This document shows, in pieces, positions 1 through 13,000 of a stretch of 64,000 nt of DNA. Below the pieces are notes generated by a model, which was given only the letters and a program-made list of their open reading frames with translations, was not told the DNA's origin and ran no database searches. Source of the DNA: Lingula anatina (lineage: Eukaryota; Animalia; Brachiopoda). The stretch is from NCBI GenBank assembly GCA_051362555.1, contig CM120645.1, positions 11,966,001 to 12,030,000 on the forward strand, read 5' to 3'. The position numbers and the translations under genes are program-made. How positions within the stretch are numbered: position 1 is the stretch's first letter; each line of letters begins with the position of its first letter.

Positions 1-3000
1 CCTAACGGTGAGCCCAAGAATTCAGACAAGTACGTGTGTGAAGGAAAAGGAGTTGGCTATGACTGTCACGTGGGATACAGAATATCCAACATGTCTGTGC
101 CTGCAGCTGTCTGCGACTCACAGAAACTGAAAGTTCCTGTTTGTGAGCGTGAGTATCAAACTGGCGGGTTAAATAAATAGCTACGGGTCTTGCAAAAATA
201 AAGTGATCTTGTGAAATATTATCCTTTTAAAAGTTGCCTGTCCATGTCCGATCACTGTCGACTTCCTTACTGATTACGTAACTGGTATCAAAGGCATCAA
301 AAGGTCACTGTGGTGTACCGCCCTCATTCTTAGTTTTTGCCACCAGCGGCAAGTGTTATCGTAAATAAATAGAAGTAATTACATGGGAAGATATGCTCTG
401 GCGACGTCCATACCGTTTTTTCTATTCATCCCCTTCTACCTTGTGAAGTTATTTGTTCATGGAGTCGGTCCTGTATGGCATAAAGTTAAATTCTTTTGAT
501 ATTAGAATGAATGGACAAAATGAATACTTTAATTCAAAACTATTTTCCACTTTACCCTCTTCTTGCAGCGTCTGGAACATGTGACACGACAGCTCTTCGA
601 GACCCTAAACATGGTTTTAAGGTCTGTGAAGACATCAATTCTGGTAAAACGTGCCACATGAGGTGTGAGGATGGTTATAAATATGTCGCTCGTGACAAAA
701 CATTTTACTGTAATCCCGAGACAGGATGGTCTTGGGGGTTACCCCAATATGGTGGCGGATTTCTGCCGTCAACTAGTGTCGAGGACTGTGAAGGTAAGTG
801 GTTCACGTTTAGATATTAAATAATGTAGATATTATATTTTATCAGAAGTTCGTATAATTGGTGTCCAGTTATTAAAGGTATTCGATAAAATACACTTCGC
901 AAATGATAGCCAATCATTTTGTTAGACTTAATGGGCAATCTAAAATTTACATAAGGGATTATGCTTTCAAAGTTAGGATGGTGTCTAAAAAACTAATATT
1001 TTGGTAGATTGTGTTTCCAAACTTCCTATTTATCAAAATTGTACAAATCAACTGCGATATTGGTTATTTTATTGCTGGAATGTGTCGTTTTCAGTGGGGC
1101 ATCTTCTAGGGGTAGACGGTGGTTTGGATGGGCTAATTGCTGATGTTCCTTTCTATGATTACCTCGAAGAGGATCAGATAAAGACAGAGGTTGCTGATGG
1201 TGTTAGAGCCAAACTAAACACACTTGGAAAATGCTCCAAATCGTGCGAGGTAAGAAAGTCTCATGTTTCCATTGGGGAAATTTGTTACATGTCATAATTA
1301 TGGATACAATAGATGTGTAATGACAATGCCAGGAAGTATTACAATTGTGTTGCTGAAGGTCGCGTACATGTGTATATCCCATAAAATTCTATTGAACATA
1401 CTACCTATGATGTCCTTAAAGCGCAGTTTAGAATCTTTTAGGTCAAGGACGTCCAAGTTAAGCGAGCAGGGACTGTAAAGCGGGACACAATGGTCAGTTT
1501 TAACATAAGGATCGTGCTCCACATCCGCGGTGGTGACAGAAACGCAAGTTCTCTTTCAGAAGTTAAAGCAAACGTCTTAAGACTGGCAAAATCAATACAG
1601 TAAGTAATAAATGATTGGCGCGAACGTAACCTTGAATATATATACTGTAGTTGTCCCGCATTTCATCTCAGTTGAATACCTCATGTAATTTACGATTACC
1701 TGCAGATAACAATTAAGTCTATGATATATTTATTTGAACTAGGCAGAATCAGTCCCTGTATTTTCTTATTTAAGGTCCACGGCGTCTGCTATCAAACAGG
1801 TCCTGCAGTCTACCCCTATAGTAATCTCTGTGAACGGCCAATATATCGACTTACAAACCGACAACTTGGTGATAAGTAGACCACGCACAGGATGTCGCAT
1901 GGGGTCCATTAAAAGCGGAATCAAATGCTGTGAGTTTCTCCAGTGTATGAATCATATATGTGATCAGTAACTTAAAAAGTACAACGAAGTGTCTTCCACC
2001 TCAAGGAATTTTTAACGTTTTATGAAAGTACTACGTCAGAATCAACCTTGTGACTCCTTGCCATGTAAAACTTGAATGTCAGATTATGCAAAAGTCAGAA
2101 TTAACGTTTTTTATTAAGGTATTAACTTTCTTTATGAATGTTTTCATAAAGGTTATTAAAGCATCCTTAAGCTTCGCGTAATAATTCTTAACATCTAATG
2201 AAAGGAGACAAGCAGAGAAATAGCATCCACATTCCATTGCAATTTTTAACCGCGTTAATTAATTAGACCAATCATTTCAGACCGCTGTCCCCGTGGTACT
2301 TATCATGATACAAATGATGGGGATTGTCTATCTTGTCCGTTTGGGCATTACCAGGACAACCCTGGGCAGGTGTCTTGTCTCCGGTGTCCTAAAGGCAAAA
2401 CAACTGATAGAATTGGGGTATCAAACGCCACTGAGTGCAAAGGTATATGATAATCGCGTTTGTAATTATTTTTACATTTTGTTTTGATATACAAATACAT
2501 GGGTAGATACGTTCTCCGCTTACCGCACTCGTTCACCACGCTTCTTGTCCTGCCTGTTCCCCTGTTCAACCTTACTCAATGAGTCTTCTTGAAGTGTTCC
2601 GCTTGTTTTTGCAGGCGTTTTCCCTTACTTGAAAAGCGTAACAGTTGTTCATTTAGCTGGAAGAAGTGTCATAAATTGGCTTTTCCTGGGGGAAACGACG
2701 TTTTTTCCATAGTTGAACTCGTTCCATCATATTCAAAGTTAGTCCATGTTTTTCTAAGTTTGTTTTTTTTCGGATGGTAGCCAGGCATTCGTAACAACGA
2801 GACTTTACTGAAAACATTTTACCACTAGAGTATTTCAGTTGCGACTGTGGTATCCACCCTTGTGTATTGAATGGCTCAACATTTACGTGCAAATGCCTTT
2901 CGGGATATATCTTAAAGAATGGAACATGCAAAGGTAAAACTTTTCTGATAGAATAATGAATAAAATATCTACTTTAAGTTTACAAATGTGTATGTTTGGA

Positions 3001-4561
3001 AATATGTTTGCAATTAGCTCTGCGACATGAAAAAAACGATTAAAAATATCTTCATATATCTTCATAAATGTATAATTTGCATATCACATTTATTAACTAT
3101 TCAGTTGCCTAAAAACATTTCTTTGTTCTCATCAATAGATATAGATGAGTGTGCCACCAAGAACCCTTGTCCAACCAATTCCCGTTGCGTTAATCGAGAG
3201 GGTTCCTTCCGATGCCAGTGTTTGCCTGGGTTCCAAGGTCGAAACTGTGAAGGTGCGTTTTTATATTCCATGCTACTTCGAAGGGCAGCTATTGCTTTCT
3301 TACAGTATAGCTCTATTTTTATAGTAGAGAATAAGGGAATTAAGGTAAATGCGAAATGTGAAAAAGTTGTTCACAAATACGTTCTTTGACAGAGTGCAGC
3401 ATGATTGGTAGAAGCTATACATTGTGCGTCGAACCCGTGAATTGCAAACTGTTATGTTTCCTTTGCATAATATTCAGGAAATATACACATAGAATGTTTC
3501 CGATTTCAGACATTGATGAATGTTTGAAGACGTGCAATGGCCTTCACCAGATATGCGTTAACACTGTTGGTAGCTTCAGGTGCAACTGTACGGTGGGATA
3601 TTTCGGAGACAGCTGTGGTCAGTGAATTAATCATTTTCAGAAGGACATGAAATAATTCGTATCTGAACCTGGAACGTACTACAATTAAATGATAAAATAG
3701 CAGTCCTCGATGTTTTAAACGCAAAATTGTACTTGTACAAATCAAAGTGTGTGTTATTTAGTTTCAGTACTTCAGATATTAACCGGCACCTCAATGTTGA
3801 TGAAAATTTGAGTTTTTAACCGTTTTATTTTTTAGATGATTTATGTCCAAATGGCTTCATTCCTGTGTCTGATTCATGGTGTGTGCACATCTTTAATACC
3901 TCAAACCCACAAGTCGCGCGCCTGAACTACGAGAACTCCACCTCGGCGTGTGCTGCCCTCTATCGGCATGCACGTCTGGTGACCATTAAGACTAAAACTG
4001 AGTATAAACACCTTACAAAATTGCTGGCGTCATCGAACATGGAACACTGGATAGGTGGGTGCAGAATATACATAAACATGATATATTTGCTTAATATGTA
4101 TATTTACATTAATTATAGTACTGGTATTGGGAATAATTGTTTATACTCAAACGTTGATGGAAGCATGGCTTTAGTGGGAAATGTAACCTATAGTTGCTTC
4201 GCGTATGTGTAAAATGCACGTAGGATGTAAGGGGAAGTTGGAGCGCGTCATGTATTCGAATATGATAAATGTGTATTCGAATATTGTTATTAACCGTCAT
4301 GTATTGTGTTTCTCCACCATGACAGGACTTAACGACAGGGCACAAGAGGGTCACTTTGTAGCCAGCGATGGCCCCATGCTTGGGAACGATGATTTTTCTG
4401 AGTGGGCACCTGGAAGGCCATCCACCAATACGTCAGCCAACTGCGTCGTCATGGGCGGGAAAAAAGATGCATATATGTGGCGAGATGCTGGCTGTTATGA
4501 AGCAAAATCGTTCCTTTGTGAGATCAGGCGCAAGTCTGGGTCATCTCCCATTATTGGTTAA
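1..4561 (+). CDS. Gene 1: 5'-truncated multidomain extracellular protein (CCP/sushi x2 - SEA-like spacer - Ephrin-rec-like/GCC2-GCC3 - EGF - cbEGF x2 - C-type lectin), SVEP1/SCUBE-like architecture
   Basis: Phase-consistent GT-AG exons: <1-148, 569-793, 1095-1249, 1442-1599, 1775-1929, 2281-2442, 2829-2933, 3139-3252, 3510-3617, 3836-4054, 4326-4561. Motifs: CPRGTYHDTNDGDCLSCPFGHYQDNPGQVSCLRCP (Ephrin_rec_like), DIDECATKNPC..C.N..GSFRCQC (cbEGF), WIGLND...WRD..C....F.CE (CTL). Ends ...RRKSGSSPIIG*. Confidence 0.85.
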
Positions 4562-5193
4562 CTTGCTAAATTTTCAAGGACTGTTCACACTGTTTCTCAA
4601 AAGGCAGTTTTGCTCACATTTTGAGAGAAAAACTTTTTTGAGAACAAAACTTTGCAAGTGTGATGGATTTGTCTGGTAAACAAAAGGAGCTTACCACACT
4701 TTAGACCTTGACACTTTAGACTTTAGACGATATCTTAGTGGGCATTTCACTTTGTCTTACTTTAGGTGTTTTTTCTAGCAAACACTTTGACTTGAAACCT
4801 TCTGTAATATCTTCTCATATTCATAATCTAAAACTGTTGTGCTTGAATAAGACGATTTGGAGTTTCACCTGCAATTGAAAAAATTGAAAATCAAATTTTG
4901 AGATATTTTAATTCACACGATATGATGGTCCAACAATGACTTAATCCGTGTTTGCAGGATTGGTACGGATGATTGATCACTTATTAAATATGTGTTGTTC
5001 ACTGTATGAAAAATGTCATTATCAATTGTTATTCAATTAATTATAAGAACGCACCAGCTTTTTATAAACGTATATACGTATATGCATATATTTACAATAT
5101 TATGTCTATGGCTTCAATTCCAATAAATGCATATATAGTCCTGCTTGAAACGTGCTGGTGACGTTCTTTGACAGATATACAAGTAGGAATGCA

Positions 5194-5549
5194 TGATAGC
5201 AACTGGTAAAGAAAATAAGTGCCCATATGATGAATTCATGATAAATATGATAAGGATCTTATGTTTTCTATACATACTGAAACTATTTAAAGCATAAATA
5301 TGTAATTATAAAATATGTATTTATTTTGTGCTATAAAAATCGGAGACGTTGGAATTGTATCATCACTTGTGAAAAGAAAACAGCTTTTTCACTCACCTTT
5401 TAATTTGGAAGCTTAAAAAAGAGGATAAAACCTTATCACTATGAATTACTTTACATATATTCTGCCAGACATGTGCAATGTTTTTCATGTTATTTCCTTT
5501 AAGATTATCTCCCTTCTGCTGAAAACAGATTATCTTTATCGAGTATAAA
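5194..5549 (+). promoter_or_regulatory. Putative promoter of gene 2: TATA box with clustered GATA sites
   Basis: TATAAA at 5544-5549, about 70 nt before the ATG at 5620. WGATAR matches (either strand) at 5194, 5239, 5248, 5433, 5505 and 5530. Confidence 0.4.
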
Positions 5550-5619
5550 TACACACGCGTCAACATTTTCTATGTGACATGCGGTTGGATTCAAAAGACA
5601 AGCACAGCCGCAGACCAAT

Positions 5620-7894
5620 ATGACTTTGTGCCGAAGTTTGACGACAATATCACTTCTTATTTCGTGTATCATTCAGCCCGGCAGAGGCGCGGTGTACTGC
5701 CCGCCCTATTCGAACCACTTTGAGTGGGTTGGTCCATATTGTTTGCGTTTTGAGAACTTCTATAAGAAATCGTGGTACGATGCAAAACGTGAATGTGAGG
5801 CGAAGGGAACACATTTGCTGGTGTTGGAAACCACAGGAAAACGGGACGAAATCATACGTTACTCAGAAAAGAAAGGAAGTAAGTATAACCGTCTTCGAAC
5901 TGAAATAATGGTAATTTGTAATGTTAATTGTAATTTCCATAAATGCAATTTTATAAAAGACAATGTTAATTGTAATTTCCATAAATACAATTTTAAAAAA
6001 GACAGTGTTATGGTATATTTGCCATATGTTTCTCGACAACATAAAGGTCTGTTGTAGCTTTAAAATAAATCTTCAACATAGCGATTCGATTGCAATCGCA
6101 AATTATTTGATAGCAATTGCGAAGGATTTTATTTCAATTGCATTTGCTTAAATATACCAAAAACAGAAGGGCAATCTTGACAAGCAACATTTTTTCAATC
6201 TTAACAAACAACATTTTGCTACTCAAATCCAGATATTTGAATATTTCTAACGCATATTTCAGACTGGGAGTATTACTGGGTAGATGGAACCAAAGTGAAC
6301 GGCAAATGGATCTGGAGCTCGACAAGAAAGCCACTTTCGACAGCTCTGTGGATGCCAGAAGAACCAAATGGCGATGGCAGTTGTATGCAATACTATAGCG
6401 ATTTTAATGATAGGCAGAAAGGCCCAAAAGGTCTGAATGACCGAAGTTGTTCTTTGGCGTACGAATTCATATGTGAAGACGATTCGGGTGAGTAATAATT
6501 AAGATATACTTCATTGCAATAAGAACAACATTACTTTAGTGAAATATTTTAACACTGAAGCTAAAGATACAGAAAATATAATAATGTCAGATTTAAGTAA
6601 TGGATATGAAAAAGGATGTCAAACCAATCAAAACGTACTTTTTACTAAAAATTGTAATTACAGAAAAGGAAGCAAATCTGCATTTCGAATAGAGTGATCC
6701 AGCTCTAAATGCAATGACCACACAAAAACTGGATATGGAAGACGTTTTCAAAAATATATTTTAAATTATTACATCTTTCATCAGACAACAGCTTAATATT
6801 GAAAACGTTTTCACCTCCAATATTTCGATGTCTAGCATAACATCTTCATCAGAGAATGAGGCTATCCAGGTAAAAACTTTCTCAGCATTAAGCTGCTGAC
6901 TGAAGAAAAATTACTTCGTTCTTATAACATAACACAGTTGATGAAGTTCTCTGTCTGTCTGTAATCTAGTTAATGGTATGTGGGGAGCCTGGGGAAGTTG
7001 GACAGCTGTTCGGTAACCTGTGGTTCAGGGCAACGCTATCGCACACGGGTCTGTGATAATCCCGCACCAAAGGGAGCAGGTTCCCCCTGCAGTGGCCTTG
7101 ACCGACAAACTGAACACTGTCACCATGGAACATGTCCGGGTACGTGACTTATTTTTACAGGGGAGGAAACAGCCGAGTTTTAGTTCCAAAAACAGTGCTC
7201 TAGTGAGCGTGACCTCTCCCAGACACATATTTATGGTCGGGTGCTTTCCTTGCAGTCGCCTTATGTTGACATTTATCGAATATATTGTTTTCCTTCCAGT
7301 GTTGGTTTGAGCATGGCTTTAAATATTTATATCACCCTGTTTTTCATATAGTCGATTCACATTTATATAGGGTTATCTAAAACCGAATTCATACATATTG
7401 TCACAGTCTGCAAAGCATTATACTTTGATGAAATTTTCTTCAAACTTCGTAATAGCTTAAATGTCTAATATGAAGACGAATTGAATATGAAACATAAAAA
7501 AATCAAAATTGTTGACTTTGGACATTAATGTTGATAACTGCAGTTGATGGAACCTGGAGTGTCTGGACGCAATGGTCAACGTGCAGTAAAACATGTGGTC
7601 AAGGCCACAGGACAAGACACAGGGCGTGTAATAGTCCACCTCCAACCAATGGTGGCAAGGACTGCCCAGGACAATTAGTTCAGGTCGAAACGTGCAAAGG
7701 TCAGCCGTGTCCAGGTACGTGTACAGGGTTGGTATTCCGATATAGTAAATCACATAAACCAGCCATCTGTATATTAATAATTAAAATCATACGTACACAT
7801 GGATTGCAATTTGGCTCTAAAATTTTATATATACTTAACTCAAACTAAAAACATGCATTGCTCTTTTCATAACCACGGGTATTTCTGCTTGTAT

Positions 7895-7950
<56 letters not shown>

Positions 7951-8697
7951 CCTATTTTTTTCTCTTTTTACTTGTCATTTTTTTTATTTATTTCAGCCAA
8001 GCTCTGCCCTGCTGGGTTCACTGAGGCCACCGATAGTTTGTGCCTGTACATCTCCGATCCACAGACAGAGCCATACAATTATTTTCTGTCTATGAAGGTG
8101 TGTGCCTCGCTGTCTCCGCTGTCTCGCCTGATGACATTAAAGAACATATACGAATACCATAACATCGTCAGGTTCTTGTCTACAGCGGCTGAATACTGGA
8201 TAGGTAAGTCTCAGCCCAGTAAGTGAGGGATAGATAAGAGTGCCAGCGTATTAACGATTTAACAAAAGCTTGTCATGATAGTCAAATATAATAATAATTA
8301 TAATAATAATAATAATACATTTTAAACTACCCTATTACAAAATGATATGACTGATCTGTTTCTGGAAATGTTATCCCGTCATCTGTGACATGAAACGACT
8401 TTATCTGTGAAATTTACATTTCAAAATAATAATAAACCTTAGTAAAACTGGCAATGTAAAATTATTATCTAATCAGGTGATGACACTACAAGCAGCAGTG
8501 ATGCCAGTACCAAGCTCGGTGGTGGAAGCTTCGCTCTCTGGGCAGCTGGATATCCGTCCTCGCTATCCCTTGGCAATTGCGTTGACTTAAGCGGAAAGAG
8601 TGGAGCGTTTCTGTGGCAAGACGCCCCTTGCTGGGAAAGAAAACCCTTCATTTGCGAACTAAGACCCAAAGATGGAATGGCACCTATTGTTGGTTAA
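5620..8697 (+). CDS. Gene 2: secreted CTL-TSP1-TSP1-CTL protein; exon 3 carries a 1-nt frameshift (pseudogene, null allele or sequencing error)
   Basis: Exons 5620-5878 (signal peptide MTLCRSLTTISLLISCIIQPGRG plus CTL first half), 6263-6487 (EPN motif), 6970-7139 (TSP1, 170 nt), 7544-7714 (TSP1), 7997-8203, 8477-8697 (CTL, ends DGMAPIVG*). The exon total of 1253 nt is one short of a multiple of 3. Confidence 0.85.
5920..6004. repeat. 42-bp tandem duplication in gene 2 intron 1
   Basis: aatgttaattgtaatttccataaat(g/a)caatttta(t/a)aaaagac occurs twice in tandem. Confidence 0.8.
6772..6870 (-). ncRNA. Dispersed repeat carrying a degenerate minimal hammerhead-ribozyme-like motif (Penelope-like element end), copy 1
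   Basis: Minus strand reads tcattct-CTGATGA-a-gatgt(tatgctag)acatc-GAAA-tatt-ggaggtga. About 100 bp is homologous, inverted, to 14466-14557. Confidence 0.45.
7899..7948. repeat. (TA)n microsatellite
   Basis: Perfect TA run in gene 2 intron 4. Further (TA)n runs at about 19298-19360, 38073-38125 and 44660-44692. Confidence 0.95.
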
Positions 8698-9002
8698 ATG
8701 GCAAAAGTGTTAGAGTTCATAGCTCATTAAATAGCTCAATTGCTTTGATGAAAATATCTTTGTCCAAGCACACAGCATGGTGGATAGCAAAACAATAAAT
8801 TTTTTAATTGGAATCATGCAGACGTTGAACTTTTGTTGAAATATTATATTTACTTGCAATATCATTGATTGCAAATGACCGTCTGGCGAGAATATAGCCC
8901 TAAGGTAACACATTCCATTTCCGATGTGCTAAGCACAATACGCTGTTTACAGAAACCTCTCGGCTGGATGGAACCTACGGTACAGGGTTGTTATCAGAAA
9001 CT

Positions 9003-9177
9003 GGCCGTACTCAGAACAGTGGACTAACTGTTCTGCGGGTCAAATATAGCGACCCACTAAAAACCTTGTTGTCTAATCCTCTGATAGTCACTGAATAGAT
9101 TCCCCATGGGGACGTTTCCAAGTGGGTCGGCCATATTTGACCCTCGGACTAGTTAGTCCACTGTTCCGAATGAGCTC
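9003..9177. mobile_element. MITE family A, copy 1 (non-autonomous DNA transposon with terminal inverted repeats)
   Basis: Inverted arms cagaacagtggactaact..gggtcaaatat / atatttgaccc..agttagtccactgttccga. A reverse-complement homolog lies at about 61737-62133. Confidence 0.75.
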
Positions 9178-9539
9178 TTAATGCACACACCCCCTCCTCG
9201 GCAAGCTCGGTGGATCATTTATAGTTTAAATTAGGAGACATATCCCACTTTTAGCACCACAAACATTTAGCATCTTATCTGCCTGCATTAATTGTGCAAT
9301 TAAAAATATCGCCAGACAAATCACACGTAATTAAATTCTCCAATCCCATGTTGGATGTGAGCAAGATTAAATGAATCATTCCCTGTACGTGTGCACGAGC
9401 AAAATCCGCCTTGTTTCTATGTAAACACTAGTTTCTTTAGTAAACGGTGTCTTAGAACCATGTCACAAACACAGACACAAACTCCTTTTTTACTTCACTG
9501 GTACGTGTGACCCCATCTTCGTCATTTAAATGCTAGGGG

Positions 9540-9770
9540 ACCATTCCCAGACCCTGTGGATCTGTGGATCGATCTATCTCAGAGGGGATTCTCGCTTAAT
9601 TGCAATCAACTTAAGCGGTTTAAATGTCTGTCACGGGGTAATTAACTATCGTTTAGCAGCTTCAGTAGGCGTGTCAGACATCTAAGCCGCTTAAGCTGAA
9701 CGCAATTTCATGAGAAACCCATTGGAGATGGATCGATCCCGTTAGATCGATCTAGGCATGGGAACCCAGT
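9540..9770. mobile_element. Foldback MITE-like imperfect palindrome
   Basis: gatcgatctatctc...tcaacttaagcggtttaaatgtctgtcacg pairs with cgtgtcagacatctaagccgcttaagctga...gagatggatcgatc. Confidence 0.6.
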
Positions 9771-10071
9771 CTAGGTCTGTACCTGTTTACCAGGACGTTT
9801 GTCTAGTTTTTTGTAAAGTTTTGCGACAGCTGTTATCAAACGTCTGCTAATTGGTCGCTTAGTTTGCTAACATTCCACCGTTGATTCAGATCTTACCTTA
9901 CACCTACACCAACTACGAACGCCATTAATCCCATGCAGTTAAAAAAAGGCCAATTTATTCAACTGAGTTGTCCTGAAAAAACTTTGCTCCCCTATTTACA
10001 CTGTAAGTTGTGTATTCATTACACCATTAGATATCACTGCAAACAGCGATACCACAGGTGTTGAAAATATC

Positions 10072-13000
10072 ATGGAAGACAGCAGTAAAAAGGGGATATT
10101 CCTCTTCTTGTTAGTAGTTCTCGTTTATTGGGTCCATTTTACGCAAGGGTAAGGTGATTTCACAGTTTTGTTTAGGTACTGACACACGCGTAAACAAACG
10201 CACACATACATGCAAATCCACGGATTTTTAGCATTTTGTTTGATAAAGCAAACGTTCAAATGATTTTAAGTGTATGGTTAATTTATTATTTATAGTAATA
10301 TCTAAAAGTATTTTTTCAGTATACTCTTGAAATATAATCATGTTAATTTCGCTTCCCCCAAAACATTTGCTGCGGAAGATGCGTACATATTTGCAGAAAA
10401 CGAAAAAAGTTGTAATGAAATGCAATTTAATGTTAACAGCATTTTGCAGTTATTGCGCTGTCTGTTCTCACATTTCATAATTTCTACACAGGGCGTGTTA
10501 TCCACCAAGGTACGGTATACAGACCCGCAGCACTCGTCAACGGTACACCACGGGCTGCGGCTTCTGGGGCTGGGGACGATGTTCAAGATACCGGTAAGTC
10601 GCTGTTCAAAGAAATGTGCAGAAACCTCACGGACGCGATACGCGGTTTAAAATATATATTATGGTACAGTGGAGTTTAGTATAACGAAGGTTTTTAGGCG
10701 TTTTGGAACTTACGTACGCTACAAATAAATTCTGCTTTCGTGGAGAACAAAGTTAAGGCAATTCACATGCATATGTTAATGCATATTCTATAAATTTTCA
10801 ACTTTTCGTTTTTTAACTATATCACTTACTATACCATTTATAAAATAGAGGATACGATGTTTGTTTATAGAGTGATTGCTTTATTGGGTGGTTGATCATC
10901 ATAATGTGTACATGTAGAGTTATTTAACACAATGTTCATAAGTCTATGATGATTAATATTCACATTTATTCGTGTAAAAATATTGCATGATGCTATCATT
11001 TTGACTAAAGAACTGTGCATCGTTTGTTGCGTGAGTGGTGAAGTTCACCTCTAAATATGCGGACGCGTTTCTGTATCACCGAGACATTTAAAAAACGGGT
11101 CACTCACAACCTGTTACCATGCACTCAGTTCTGTATCAGAATAAAAGAATCTGGTCATGCCTAACGTAGAATGATGTTTACATATTATTCCGAACGTCCC
11201 AAATGAGCTTCAATATTTGTTTTTCAGAGAGATGAGTATACTGATTTTAAAAATGTTGTCTTCAGCTCATTTTTCATTTTTCTTATATATTTATTTATTT
11301 ATTATCATTTCTCTACTCTTCGTAAATGAGGGTCAACTTGTGTCTGTAATATTCTAATATCATGCCAGAAACTTATACCTTTACGATCCACTAAATATAT
11401 TTACTCACTCATTTTTCAGATATGTAACAACATATCAATGTGTGTTTTTGGCAGGTACGTACACGTGATTTGATATTGGAGAAACTTTTTATACAGAAAA
11501 GTGGAAAGTGTCTGTGTCAGTTCCTATACAAATGATGGTGTTGTATTGGTTCCAGTGACTACCATAGACTCTATATAGTGCAGTGCCGTCCGCATGTTGA
11601 GAAATTTTGATGTGCTTTGTAACATCTGAAATAAGAATACATGTATACGCGTCAGTCGTTACGAAAAATAATCATACAATACATATCTTTTCCCAATCAT
11701 ACAATTTTAAAAGTGTGCACGGCAACCTGTTGTGCTTGTTTTAAATGGTCCTTATTGATCTCTTTTTTAAAATTTACGATTTATAAAGACTGGTCATCCT
11801 ACATCATCTGCGTGGAATGCCCTATAACGAATATGATACATAAATTCTACCAACTGCACGTGTTAATGGGTTCCGCTGATTTGTTGTCGAAATCGGTAGT
11901 AGGCCTATGCATTTTAAACGCGCAGTTTAAAGTTTTACTTCAATACACGCATATTGACAAATTTATACCTGCAATTAAAACAAGATACTGGAAAGTACAA
12001 TGCACCGTGTTTGCTGACTTCTTCGTGATTGACTTCTTCTGGAGACAATCAAATTAATGATACATTTACCTTGCAGTTGACGGAGGCTGGGGTGCCTGGT
12101 CACACTGGTCAGCGTGTGGAAGCTTCTGTGGTCAAAGCACCAGACTGAGGCTACGATCATGTAATAACCCGCATAAACAAAATGGCGGCCGTGACTGTGT
12201 CGGGAGTAATGTTCAAAAAGAGTCGTGTGACGAAGGGTTTTGTTCAGGTAAATGTTGTGTTGTGTTGATTGGTTAAAATAGCTGTCACCTGCAAACACAA
12301 CACAAAATGCGTCTGATAGAAATTTATAAAACTGCTATATGAAAAACTAGCGAGCAAAATGTTTACAGTAGTACATTGAAATGAGGAGACTTCTCCTAGT
12401 TCCTCATGAATTTATATGGGCAAATACCATATAAGAATGCACGTCCGCTTTGCTTTGAAATAGTACTTAAATTTAGTTTTGTCGACGGTCATGAAGCCAT
12501 CAACACTAATAAAATGAAAAACTTCATTTCAGGATCGCCTTGTCCTAGTGGTTTCACTAAAATCTCAGAGAACTGGTGTCTGTACATTTCCGGTAAAAAT
12601 GTACTAAAAACCTACAGCGATGCCAACACGTTCTGCACTTCATTGTCAAAACACGCACGCTTGGTGACGATCAAACATAAAGCAGAACAAGATATAATCG
12701 TTAAAAAGTTGCCAGCACATGCTGATTGTTGGATAGGTAGGTGGAATCCTTTAATTCAGTTTACTTGTGTGATCTGTGCGAATTCCGGTCGGTCTCTTGC
12801 TATATGGCACCCAGTTCGATGAGTGTAGTTGCCTCACAGGATTGATTGATATGTCAATATAGTTTTAGAGTTATTTCATACATATTGTGTAACTTGTAAC
12901 TGCATATGACAAGGAATTCTAGTGTGACTTTATAAAGGGTTATCCCTATACATTTTCCCTATGCATATGATCGCATTTAGCTGTAATCGCATAATTACAT

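Noticed and set aside
10327-10650. 107-aa plus-strand ORF in the track
   Set aside because: It is in the wrong frame. The real coding segment is the spliced exon 10492-10593 in another frame.
11641-12057. 138-aa ORF in gene 3 intron 3
   Set aside because: It has intron-like AT-rich composition and no domain, and the gene model splices in frame without it.
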